Position numbers and translations under genes: made by a program
NCBI GenBank assembly: GCA_949282305.1
Contig: CASDPB010000131.1
Location: 9,405 to 73,404 of the forward strand
Length of the DNA stretch: 64,000 nucleotides
Source of the DNA: an uncultured Lentisphaeria bacterium
GTDB lineage: Bacteria; Verrucomicrobiota; Lentisphaeria; Victivallales; UBA1829
Direction of reading: 5' to 3'
Part shown: in pieces, positions 19,352 through 28,351 of the stretch
Numbering within the stretch: position 1 is the stretch's first letter
How the letters are laid out: the number at the start of each line of letters is the position of its first letter
The notes under the pieces: generated by a model
The model's database searches: none
What the model was told of the DNA's origin: nothing
What the model saw: only the letters and a program-made list of their open reading frames with translations

Positions 19352-21712
19352 TCATAGTTCCGGGTGCAATTCCAGAATCTTTTCACGACGGTTCAGCGCT
19401 TCCCAATCGTCCCGCTGCCAGACTTTTACATAGTCCACGAGAAAGTCGTAGGGGAGTTTACCGTGTTCCACCAGATAACCCCCCCAGCCGCCGATTTGTA
19501 CACAGAGCTTCAGATAGACAGGCACACTTGGAACTGAAGGGCTATCCCAAATTGCAACGGGTTCCCCATTTAAGTACCAAGTCAGTTTCCCCGGTTCCCA
19601 AAGGATTCCGCAGGTAATGAAACCGTTTTTGTCGCGTGCCGCATAAAGGCGGTTGAAGCCCATCATTTTGTGTTCCTTCATTGCAGAGGTGGCCCACCAG
19701 TGACAGGCGATATTGTTTCGATGCGGTCCGAATCGTCCGGGTTGTTCAAAAATGTCAATTTCCGTACCTCCGAGAATCGTGCGGCGGCGGTTTGCACTGC
19801 CGCGCCCATGGTCAGGCATTGCCCAGAATGCCGGCCACAATCCGTGCAGGGTTACCGGTCGCAGTCGTGCTTCAAAGTAGCCGTAACGTTGAGAGAATTT
19901 ATCAAAACTGGTCATGCTGCCGGACGTATATTCCCGGAAATAGCGTTCATCCGGGATATTGTCATCAAAATAACTGATTTTTTTTTCTGCGCGAATATGG
20001 AGCATGCCGTCTTTTACGAGTAAGTTACGGGGACTGTAGTTGCAGAGCAGTTTCGGATTGGTGACTGTCCAGCTCCAGCCGGATGTCCACAATTCCGGAT
20101 TGATCCGGTTTTCGTGGAATTCCTCATTCAAAGTCTGTTTCCAATTTCCGGGTACCGGCGGTCTCTTGCCGCTCCATTCCGGCATAGTGACAATGCCGGA
20201 AACAGCTTGTGCCTTTTCCAACACCAGCGGTTTGTCTGCTGCGATTGCCAGCGTAAGGACATCCTCATTCCAAAGAGGTGAGCCGCCAAAGGATTCTGCC
20301 ACCTTGGCACGTTCATTTTCCGCATCGCTTCCTTTGGCGCGGGTGTCAGTACTGGCAAGGCGGCAGATCCAGGGAGACCGTCCTCTGAAATTTACCTCAA
20401 CCGTTGCCCTGGAATATGGGGGAACTACAATCTCCTCATACACGCTGTTTTGTTTTGTACATGTTTGCGCACCCGATACAAAACAAGTGACATTGACTGG
20501 GTTTACTCCGGGGTTATGGAGCAGGAAGTGGACGCGGTCATAGGCAGAAAGATCCCAGCGACAGCCTTTCGGTTTCAACAGAAACAGCCCGCTGTCTTTA
20601 TGAAAATCCAGTTCAAGTGCGCCGTTTCGTGTTGCCGACTTTACCTTTCCCGGAAAATCCAGTGGTCTTCTGGAGGGATAAAGCATGCCGTCTTCTGGTA
20701 CAATATTGAAGCGGACGCCCGGCGGTAGATCACCTGAGTTGCCTCCAAGTTTTGCATAGGTTAACTCTAAATGCCGGAATTGTTCCGGGGTATCGGTTTC
20801 AATCAGGATGCGGGCAATTCTGGACGGATTGATAACATAGCCGAAATCGGCATTTCCTGCGAAGTGAATACGAAATGGAATGGGCGAACCGCCTTGCGGA
20901 TTCAGTATTTTCTTGACGCAAATTTCCGGTTCATTGATGCGGCGGGTATTATCACGGACTGTGATTCGGACCGGTATTGCATTTGCGGATTTTACCTGAA
21001 AGCCGAGCTCCAGATAGCCGTATCGGGAAAAATCGCATTCTCCGTGCTGTGGGTGAAGCACCAGCCGCCGGTCCATAGGCGTTTTATGAAAGAGAAAAGG
21101 CAGCGAGTCGCCTTTGATAGACAGCATAGTTGCAGTGTAATCACTGCCAGCATTGCGAAAATGATATTTCTCATAGTTTTGGAGAACTGCTACATTGATC
21201 CTGGAAAAATAGACGCATCCCGCCGCTTCCTGCAATCCTACGCAGATTTCAACCTTTTGCGCATTGTCTGGAATCATTGCCCGGATTTTGCATTTCCGCC
21301 AATCATAACTGCCGTATTTGTCCTTTTCCATATCGTTGTAACGAACTGTTCCGTCATTATCTTTGATAACCAGCATTAATTTGATTCCTTTATATGGTTT
21401 ATCTGGTCGTTGAACTTTTTCCGCTTTGATTTCCGCGGCCAACTCAATGGTGCGCCCACGTACCTGTTCGATTGCCAATGGAAACCATAGCTGGCGACTT
21501 TTGGAAGCCTCGGGATTGACAACCCTGATAACATTTTGTCCATTGCCTCTGGCGTCCGGCAGAAATTCCGCATTCTGAGCGCAACTCCATTTCGACAATT
21601 TTTCCGATGTTCCCGCTAAATCCTTTTCAAGCGTGGAGAATTCCGGTTCCGCACTTCCCGGCATCGGTAAGAGAGCAAGAGCTGCCAGAAGCTTGAGAAT
21701 CATTTTTTTCAT
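19352..21712 (-). CDS. secreted multi-domain GH16 glycoside hydrolase with N-terminal CBM-like modules
   Basis: Signal peptide; C-terminal GH16 motifs YTSG, YGYFEAR, WPAFW, EIDIFE (ExDxxE), W.PGKLTWY.NG, VDYVKVWQ. Confidence 0.88.
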   Translation of the reverse strand: MKKMILKLLAALALLPMPGSAEPEFSTLEKDLAGTSEKLSKWSCAQNAEFLPDARGNGQNVIRVVNPEASKSRQLWFPLAIEQVRGRTIELAAEIKAEKVQRPDKPYKGIKLMLVIKDNDGTVRYNDMEKDKYGSYDWRKCKIRAMIPDNAQKVEICVGLQEAAGCVYFSRINVAVLQNYEKYHFRNAGSDYTATMLSIKGDSLPFLFHKTPMDRRLVLHPQHGECDFSRYGYLELGFQVKSANAIPVRITVRDNTRRINEPEICVKKILNPQGGSPIPFRIHFAGNADFGYVINPSRIARILIETDTPEQFRHLELTYAKLGGNSGDLPPGVRFNIVPEDGMLYPSRRPLDFPGKVKSATRNGALELDFHKDSGLFLLKPKGCRWDLSAYDRVHFLLHNPGVNPVNVTCFVSGAQTCTKQNSVYEEIVVPPYSRATVEVNFRGRSPWICRLASTDTRAKGSDAENERAKVAESFGGSPLWNEDVLTLAIAADKPLVLEKAQAVSGIVTMPEWSGKRPPVPGNWKQTLNEEFHENRINPELWTSGWSWTVTNPKLLCNYSPRNLLVKDGMLHIRAEKKISYFDDNIPDERYFREYTSGSMTSFDKFSQRYGYFEARLRPVTLHGLWPAFWAMPDHGRGSANRRRTILGGTEIDIFEQPGRFGPHRNNIACHWWATSAMKEHKMMGFNRLYAARDKNGFITCGILWEPGKLTWYLNGEPVAIWDSPSVPSVPVYLKLCVQIGGWGGYLVEHGKLPYDFLVDYVKVWQRDDWEALNRREKILELHPEL

Positions 21713-21808
21713 GTTTTCCTCCCATGTTGAATTTAAAGCTTTTTATTTGTGAAGTCGTTCTTTTTCCAGCGAATATGCTTTTGTTCTGAGGTCTGTTCCG
21801 CTGACGGT

Positions 21809-22864
21809 TTACAGATCGCCCCATTCCCCGCTGTACCAGAAAGTAGCGCCTTCCTGACTGCACCAGTAATTTTCCGGTATTTGGAGTGCGGATAATGCTT
21901 TCACATGACCATCCACAAAGGTATAATTGCCACCGGAACGGTTGAGATGCCGCCAACGCGGGATCGACGCATTAGCGTTGATGTCAAGCTTTCTGCCGCA
22001 GTCCGGTCCCCACCACTGAATGATTTCTCCGTCTTTGATCCCGCGGTCACAGTCACCGAAGAACATGCGTTGCGATGGATGTCTGACCCGATCAAGTGCA
22101 GCCTTGAATTGTTTCGGTTTGGTAACGCCCCAGGAGTCTGTGTAATTGTTGATTCCGTAATGCGACGCATAGGCGGAATACCGGGCTCCGCGCGGCTGTT
22201 GGGCAGGACAGCGGGTGATACCGATACAGTCCCAGTTGCTTTTTCCGACCTGTTGGACATAGATGGTTTCGATTGTTGGCCAGGTATGGTTCCCCGGTTT
22301 CAGCATGAAATAAATAACGTCAAGCCATGTTGTATGCAAGTCATTCCTTAAGTTGAAGTCAGCTGCTGGTATGATACCGTTGTTACTGTCAATGTACTGC
22401 GTCATTCCGCTGAAAAGTTGTTTCTGGTTGTTCATGCAGCCTATGTCTTTTGCCTTGTCCCGTGCCTTGGACAGTGCGGGCAGGAGTATTGCCGCTAAAA
22501 TCGCGATGATTGCAATCACGACGAGGAGCTCTATTATAGTGAAAATTTTTATTTTTTCTTTGCAAGGTAAAAATATCGAACAGGGGACTCTGAAGGACGA
22601 AGTAGAAAAACATTTGAACAATGGAACATTTGAATGAAGAAAGAAGATACGAGGCAACTCCGGGATTGTCGACTGTGTCCTCTTTGGGAGATTGTTCCGT
22701 GTCGCGCAGTATGATTGAGACTCGCATTGCGGTGATACCATCCCCTCTCTTCGGCAGAATGGGAACATTATATTACCTCTGCCATGCTTTCTGCTTTTTC
22801 CTTCCGGTTCCGTCAAGACAGGAAATTCACGGTTGTCAGCCGACTTTTTCACTCTTTTCATCAA
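21809..22864 (-). CDS. prepilin-type N-terminal / H-X9-DG domain protein (DUF1559-like) with long N-terminal extension
   Basis: [53 protein letters not shown]; GGGAGG RBS before TTG-ATG at 22864/22861. Confidence 0.85.
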   Translation of the reverse strand: MMKRVKKSADNREFPVLTEPEGKSRKHGRGNIMFPFCRREGMVSPQCESQSYCATRNNLPKRTQSTIPELPRIFFLHSNVPLFKCFSTSSFRVPCSIFLPCKEKIKIFTIIELLVVIAIIAILAAILLPALSKARDKAKDIGCMNNQKQLFSGMTQYIDSNNGIIPAADFNLRNDLHTTWLDVIYFMLKPGNHTWPTIETIYVQQVGKSNWDCIGITRCPAQQPRGARYSAYASHYGINNYTDSWGVTKPKQFKAALDRVRHPSQRMFFGDCDRGIKDGEIIQWWGPDCGRKLDINANASIPRWRHLNRSGGNYTFVDGHVKALSALQIPENYWCSQEGATFWYSGEWGDL

Positions 22865-22910
22865 AACCTCCCATTGAGAACTGAAAATATTGTTTGCCGA
22901 GCTCGTCCGT

Positions 22911-24200
22911 TTATACGCTCATGGCTTCTGCCGTTTCCTCTTCCGGTGCCGCGGGTTCCGCCGTTTGCAGCCTGCCGCGTGCCGCAAGCGCGCTGCACCC
23001 GTAGACCAGCGGGACGGTTCCGACTCCTGCGACCCGCATGAAGTCAATTTTCCGCAGAATCCGTTCGATCCTGCCGAGGAGCTTTTCCTGAATCGGGATC
23101 TCTTCGCAATGAGCGATGACGGCAAGATAATTTCCGATCCCCCGCAGAGTTCTATTGGGGTGGGCATATTCCTGCCGGTACACCGGATTCAGATAACTTT
23201 TCCCGCCGAAAAGACCGGAACGTCCGTCGCTGGAAAGCGTTTCGCTCCGCATGCGCATCGGGAGTGTCCGCCAGTTGTCATAAAGCGCTCCCCAGTCGCC
23301 GTTGAATGTTTCGGCTTCATGAAGCAGGAGCGCCAGATGACGCAGGGCGATGAGCGCCGCGGTGTGCATTGCGCTGCGGATTCCTTCTGTCAATGCCGGG
23401 AAAACGCCGCTTTCGCGGAAGAAATTCAGCGAAACCTGCATCTGGAGCAGGGGCATGTCCCACCAGGAATCCGCCTCGGGATCCAGTGTCAGAGTATGCC
23501 GCAGTCCGGCTTCGGCATAACGGTTCATGAGTTCGAGATAGTGCGGTTCGCCGGTGAGATCCCATGCGATTCCGTAGATCATCGGCAGACGCATTGCCTC
23601 GTGCGGGTCGCAGTCCCAGAGCGTGGAAACGACAGCCTGCCGTCCGTCCAGCCGCAGCAGATTGTAATGATTTTCCCGTGTCATGGTCTGTTCGCAGTAA
23701 TCTGCGGCGGAACGGAGGAATCCGCTTCCGTTTTCGAGCAGAGTGCCGGAAATGCCGCGTCCTTTCAGAAAGCGCCACATTCCATAGGTTGCCAGGGTGA
23801 ATTGATCCCGCGAAGAGTTGCTGTAACAACTTCTGCCGTCGTAAGGGGAGATGCCTCTTGCGATAAAGCCATACTTCCCGTGAACTGTTCCGCAGCGGAT
23901 CACTCCTTTCGCGATTTCCGCGGCGAAAACGGAATCCTCCCATCCGCGGAACCGCATCAGGTCAAGCAGGATTCCGCCGTTCAGGGCGCAGTCCTCCATG
24001 CCGGTGCCCCAGCCGCACGGATTCGGAAAACCTGCGGCAATTTCTTCGGGAGACGGAAGATAATCGAAACGATGTTCCGGATCGCGGCTCGTCACATAGT
24101 CGTAAACCATTCCCGTTCCGGGGTGGAACAGAATATCGCGAATCTGTTTCCAAGCGCATTCCAGGCTTTCCCGAGCGAAAGATTTTCCGTTTTCCATCAT
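22911..24200 (-). CDS. hypothetical protein, probable (alpha/alpha)-barrel carbohydrate-active enzyme
   Basis: Real start is MMENGK at 24200 (AGAGG RBS). Helical sequence with [20 protein letters not shown]; no signal peptide. Fold call is tentative. Confidence 0.6.
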   Translation of the reverse strand: MMENGKSFARESLECAWKQIRDILFHPGTGMVYDYVTSRDPEHRFDYLPSPEEIAAGFPNPCGWGTGMEDCALNGGILLDLMRFRGWEDSVFAAEIAKGVIRCGTVHGKYGFIARGISPYDGRSCYSNSSRDQFTLATYGMWRFLKGRGISGTLLENGSGFLRSAADYCEQTMTRENHYNLLRLDGRQAVVSTLWDCDPHEAMRLPMIYGIAWDLTGEPHYLELMNRYAEAGLRHTLTLDPEADSWWDMPLLQMQVSLNFFRESGVFPALTEGIRSAMHTAALIALRHLALLLHEAETFNGDWGALYDNWRTLPMRMRSETLSSDGRSGLFGGKSYLNPVYRQEYAHPNRTLRGIGNYLAVIAHCEEIPIQEKLLGRIERILRKIDFMRVAGVGTVPLVYGCSALAARGRLQTAEPAAPEEETAEAMSV

Positions 24201-24314
24201 CTGCCTCTTGTTTTTATCATAAGGAATATTATAGTAAAAAACATGGAAAAAACAACCATGAAAACAGAGAATTATATTTGAAATAAAGGCAAAAACATTT
24301 GAAATAGGAACATT

Positions 24315-25223
24315 ATGAAAATACTCCGCGATTCCGCCGTATTCCGCTGGGAGACTCTGCCGCCGCCGTCCTGCTGGGAGGGGATGGAGTTTTATCATTG
24401 TCCTTCCCGCCGTTCCTACCGGATGCGCCAGCCGTTGTCGTATCCCGCGGATGATTTGCTCCGGATAGAGTGCATCTGCGAAGTCGATTTGCTGAAAAAA
24501 GCCCGTTATCTGAGGCGGAATGCCCCCTTTCTTTCCATCGAATACGTGCAGCGGGGAACGCTTCTCGTGCGTCAGCGTGGGAACATGTTTGAACTGGAAG
24601 AAGGGGAACTTTTTCTGATGCAGCCGGTGCTTGAAAATGAATTTCTGTCGGGGGAATCCGGATGCCGGAAAATATCGGTCATGATCAGGGGAAAGCTGCT
24701 TTCCGCTCTGCTGGAGGAAAGCGGTCTGGGAAACACGGATGTGCTTATCTGCCCGGAACGCAGCCGTCTGGAGCGCCTGTTCCGTGAGATCGGCGAGCTG
24801 GCGGAGGAACCGTCCGTCGGGGAGCCGGGGCGCAACAGCTGCCTGGCTTTTGAATTGCTTCAGGCGCTCCGGGTTCCGCCGGATATTCCGGAAATGCCAC
24901 CGGCGCTTGCGGCTCTGCGCGAAGCGTTGGAACTGCATCCGGAACATGACTGGAAACAGTCGGAAATGGCACAGCGGTGCGGCTGTTCTCCAACACATCT
25001 GGTCCGTCTGTTTCACCGTCATCTGCACACGACTCCCCGGCAGTATCTTCTAGATGTGCGGATGCGCCATGCACGGCGTCTGCTGGCGGATGAGAAACGT
25101 TCCGTCAAGGAGATCGCGGCGGAAACCGGTTACGGCAACGCGCTGAATTTTTCCACGTGTTTCCGCAACCGGTTCGGGGTTTCCCCGCGCGATTACCGGA
25201 AGCAGCTCTCTTTTCTGTCATGA
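24315..25223 (+). CDS. AraC-family transcriptional regulator
   Basis: N-terminal cupin-like domain; C-terminal double HTH (VKEIAAETGY.NALNFS..FRNRFGVSPRDYR). Confidence 0.92.
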   Translation: MKILRDSAVFRWETLPPPSCWEGMEFYHCPSRRSYRMRQPLSYPADDLLRIECICEVDLLKKARYLRRNAPFLSIEYVQRGTLLVRQRGNMFELEEGELFLMQPVLENEFLSGESGCRKISVMIRGKLLSALLEESGLGNTDVLICPERSRLERLFREIGELAEEPSVGEPGRNSCLAFELLQALRVPPDIPEMPPALAALREALELHPEHDWKQSEMAQRCGCSPTHLVRLFHRHLHTTPRQYLLDVRMRHARRLLADEKRSVKEIAAETGYGNALNFSTCFRNRFGVSPRDYRKQLSFLS

Positions 25224-25283
25224 CTTGTGGGGCTTTTGTTCTTTCCCTGATGTCGGACGGGGGACGGTGATGCGCCCTGTTTT

Positions 25284-25976
25284 TCACTGCATTTTCCGGG
25301 GGGATTGTTTTCCTTGCGCGGGAATCAGAATTACACGGACCGGAATCTCCTCATATCCTTCCAGAGGCGATTCCCTGTTTTTCAATCTGGCTTCCGGCAT
25401 CTTCTCTTTCCGCACAATGTATTCATGCAATGCTGATTTTGAGCTCAGAGCGGCATTCAGAATGGTGTTTCTGTCCAGACTGTTGATATTGATCAGATTT
25501 CCTTCCAGAGAAGCGAGGCACTGTTTGTCCCTGAAGCTGGAACCGACGAAAACATAAGTCCCTTTTTCCTTTGGTTTTCCCGCGGTGTTGTCGTAGAGCC
25601 ACTCATCGACGTTGATTCGCCTGGATTTTCCGTAAATGATCTCAATATGAAAAGGAGCGCCCCGCTTTATGTCGCCGTTGTCGTAGCCGGCAAGAATCAG
25701 AGCCATCTGGAGCTGGAACGGATCGAGCTCCGTCACGATCAGGCTTTCGTGCATTCTTCCGCGCTGCGTTGAGACCAGCACTTCGATCACGCCTTCCCGG
25801 ATGTTGATCCTGCCGGGGAAGGAGATGGAACGGTCGCTTTTTCTGATGAATGCCTTTCCCAGCAGAATATTGCCGTCTTTGTCTTTCCGTGCGCCGATTT
25901 TTTTCAGGAGTTCCGCATCCTGGGCACAGAAGGAAATGGAAAACAGAAGGGAGAGCAGAATGGAGAATATTTTCAT
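25284..25976 (-). CDS. secreted YdjY-like domain protein
   Basis: Signal peptide; IEVLV....RMHESL, LQMALILAG, YVFVGS. Confidence 0.55.
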   Translation of the reverse strand: MKIFSILLSLLFSISFCAQDAELLKKIGARKDKDGNILLGKAFIRKSDRSISFPGRINIREGVIEVLVSTQRGRMHESLIVTELDPFQLQMALILAGYDNGDIKRGAPFHIEIIYGKSRRINVDEWLYDNTAGKPKEKGTYVFVGSSFRDKQCLASLEGNLININSLDRNTILNAALSSKSALHEYIVRKEKMPEARLKNRESPLEGYEEIPVRVILIPAQGKQSPRKMQ

Positions 25977-26245
25977 GAGAGTCCTTTCCGGTTGAAGATT
26001 TTATAAAGAATGATCAGACGCCGTGCTGTTCCGCTGCGCCGGAAGAGAACCGCGCGGGACTTCCGGTCCTGCTTCGTTCCAGCTGCAAAAACCGGTCGTC
26101 GCAGACGAAATCCCGGATAACCCGCATGTTCGCATTGCGGCAGTTCATCCGGAAACGGTTCGGAACCGCCGGGTTCCGTCCGGAAATCTTCATTTCTGTT
26201 ATCATATCATTTCCCGTGCAAATGTCAACCGGAAAGCATTGCATT

Positions 26246-26273
26246 TTTTTGGCTGATGAACACCAGCCAAAAA
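26246..26273. promoter_or_regulatory. candidate operator palindrome upstream of the GntR/LacI cassette
   Basis: TTTTTGGCTG-N8-CAGCCAAAAA perfect 10-bp inverted repeat in the divergent intergenic region. Confidence 0.45.
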
Positions 26274-26364
26274 TTTTATGATTTTCCCGTTTTTTGTTTT
26301 TGGTGTCTTGTCAAACAGAAAATTGTGCTTATAATTAAAAAAGTAAAGGAGCTGTGGAATTCCG

Positions 26365-27552
26365 ATGAGACAACAATTGAAATATACGGAAATCAGTTTG
26401 GACAAGGAGAATTCCGAACCGCTTTATCTGCAGCTGGCAGGGGCGCTCCGCCGGCAGATCGGAATGACCTGTCTGAACAGCAATGAGCGCATGATTTCCG
26501 AGCGGAAACTTTCGGAGCAGCTCGGCGTGGACCGTACCACGGTGAACAAGGCTTACGCCGAACTTCTGAAGGAGGGGCTGCTTGCCCGGCATACTCCGAA
26601 GACACTCCGCATTTCCCCGGAGTGCCGCAGAAAACTGGTGGCTCCGTTCCCGAATATCGGCATTATCATACCGCAGCAGTTTTCCAGCCTGATTGAGACG
26701 AACAGCCTGTCTCTGCATTACATCAAGGGCATCATTGACAGCGCTGCGGCAAGGCACATCTCCACGATCATGATTCAGCTTCCTGATTTCAATGCCTCCT
26801 ATGCGGAGATCGACCGTTTCATAGAGGAACTTGCCAAGCGGCTGATCGGAGTGATCCATATCGGCGGACGAAGCGTTTATCCGGATCGCCCGCTGGAGCG
26901 CCTGATGAAGTTTGAAAAACTCCCGCAGGTCATGATTTCCGCTTATCCGCATTTTCCGAATGTGGGTACTGTGACCGCTGATCCGTCTTCCGGCGGTTAC
27001 GCCCTGGCGGAACAGATTCAGTCGCTCGGGCATAAAAAGGTCGGCATCATCCATTATATGTCGTCCATTGACGCGGAAGGCAGTGACAGTTATTTTGTTT
27101 ACGAGGTGTATTCCCGCCCCGGGAAACTGCTTCAGATTTTTGAGAAGTATGGACTGGATTGCGAGGATCGGTTTCACTGTTTCGGGTGCAGGAACTTTTC
27201 CTCTATTCTGAAGACACTGAAGAGAAAGATGAAAGAAGGAAATCTTCCAACAGTGTACTGGTGCGTCAACGACGAAACTGCACACTGGACCATCGACGCC
27301 CTGACGGAACTCGGGTTGAAAGTTCCCGGGGATATCTCCGTCATCGGTTACGACGGCGTTTCCATTACTTCGGAAGAAAATTTGACGACGATCAGCCTTC
27401 CATTTTACGGCATCGGGTGCAAGGCGCTGAATCTGCTTCTGGATTATTATGAGAATGGGAAAACGGAGCGGAACAGTCATGTGGAAATAGCCACATCGCT
27501 TGTGGTGAAGAAGACATTGTCACGTGTAAAGCATAAATTATGGAAAGGGTGA
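26365..27552 (+). CDS. GntR-HTH / LacI sugar-binding hybrid regulator (AraR-like)
   Basis: PLYLQL..SERKLSEQLGVDRTTVNKAY..L wHTH; C-terminal ND..A, VPGDISVIGYDG, LTTI. Confidence 0.9.
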   Translation: MRQQLKYTEISLDKENSEPLYLQLAGALRRQIGMTCLNSNERMISERKLSEQLGVDRTTVNKAYAELLKEGLLARHTPKTLRISPECRRKLVAPFPNIGIIIPQQFSSLIETNSLSLHYIKGIIDSAAARHISTIMIQLPDFNASYAEIDRFIEELAKRLIGVIHIGGRSVYPDRPLERLMKFEKLPQVMISAYPHFPNVGTVTADPSSGGYALAEQIQSLGHKKVGIIHYMSSIDAEGSDSYFVYEVYSRPGKLLQIFEKYGLDCEDRFHCFGCRNFSSILKTLKRKMKEGNLPTVYWCVNDETAHWTIDALTELGLKVPGDISVIGYDGVSITSEENLTTISLPFYGIGCKALNLLLDYYENGKTERNSHVEIATSLVVKKTLSRVKHKLWKG

Positions 27553-27555
27553 AGA

Positions 27556-28314
27556 ATGAAAAGTAAGAAAGGCGGAAGAATGTATTTCACATTGGTAGAA
27601 CTCCTGGTCGTGATTGCGATCATCGCGATTCTCGCGGCGATGCTTCTTCCTGCATTGAATGTGGCAAGAGAGAAGGCGCGGACGATTGCCTGCGCCTCCA
27701 ATCAGAAACAATGTTCCATGGAGCTGATGCAGTATGCGGACGACAACAAGGGGGCTCTGCCGCCCTGGTATTACAACGGGACAGCAAAATGGGGTAAAAC
27801 TGATCAAAGCGAATGTTCCTGGTTTCATATTCTTGTCGATGCGCCATGGTGGTCTGAAAAGATAAAAAAGAAATGGCCGTATTTCCATTGTCCCTCCCTG
27901 CCGTTTAATCCTGCCTACGACAGCTTCATGCGTTCCTACGACAGTCAGATTTTCGGGTTGATCACCGCATGTGCCGGAGATCAGTTCAATATACATAACA
28001 AAAAAGTGGCTGCTGGTGCATCCTCTGCCTATCGTTATTCCGACAATGACCTGAAACGCCCCATGTCGGAGTTGCCGATGCTTGCGGATTCCACCCGCAG
28101 AAGCAGCAATGTCGGTCTGAAAATTCAAGTGGCTACGATTCATTACCGTTACAAATATGAGAATTCTTCCTCCCTCCATCTGCGGCATCCGGGCGACAGT
28201 GCGAACATTGCCTTTCTGGACGGGCATGTGGAGAGCCAGAACAAAGGAACAGTGATGTCCCGGAATGTTTTTCAGCATTGGGTGCTGAAAAACAATCTCT
28301 GGCAAAGCAAATGA
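27556..28314 (+). CDS. prepilin-type N-terminal / H-X9-DG domain protein (DUF1559-like)
   Basis: [60 protein letters not shown]. Confidence 0.9.
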   Translation: MKSKKGGRMYFTLVELLVVIAIIAILAAMLLPALNVAREKARTIACASNQKQCSMELMQYADDNKGALPPWYYNGTAKWGKTDQSECSWFHILVDAPWWSEKIKKKWPYFHCPSLPFNPAYDSFMRSYDSQIFGLITACAGDQFNIHNKKVAAGASSAYRYSDNDLKRPMSELPMLADSTRRSSNVGLKIQVATIHYRYKYENSSSLHLRHPGDSANIAFLDGHVESQNKGTVMSRNVFQHWVLKNNLWQSK

Positions 28315-28351
28315 TTCAGAAAAATCAATAACAATTCAGAAAGGATATTCC

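Noticed and set aside
22911-25028. 705-aa ORF suggesting a large fusion protein
   Set aside because: Its N-terminal part is the antisense of the AraC gene plus intergenic DNA; the credible gene starts at 24200.
26014-26200. GC-rich hairpins sharing CGGAACCGCCGG with about 6363-6374
   Set aside because: Match is too short in a CCGG-rich genome and no riboswitch consensus was recognised.
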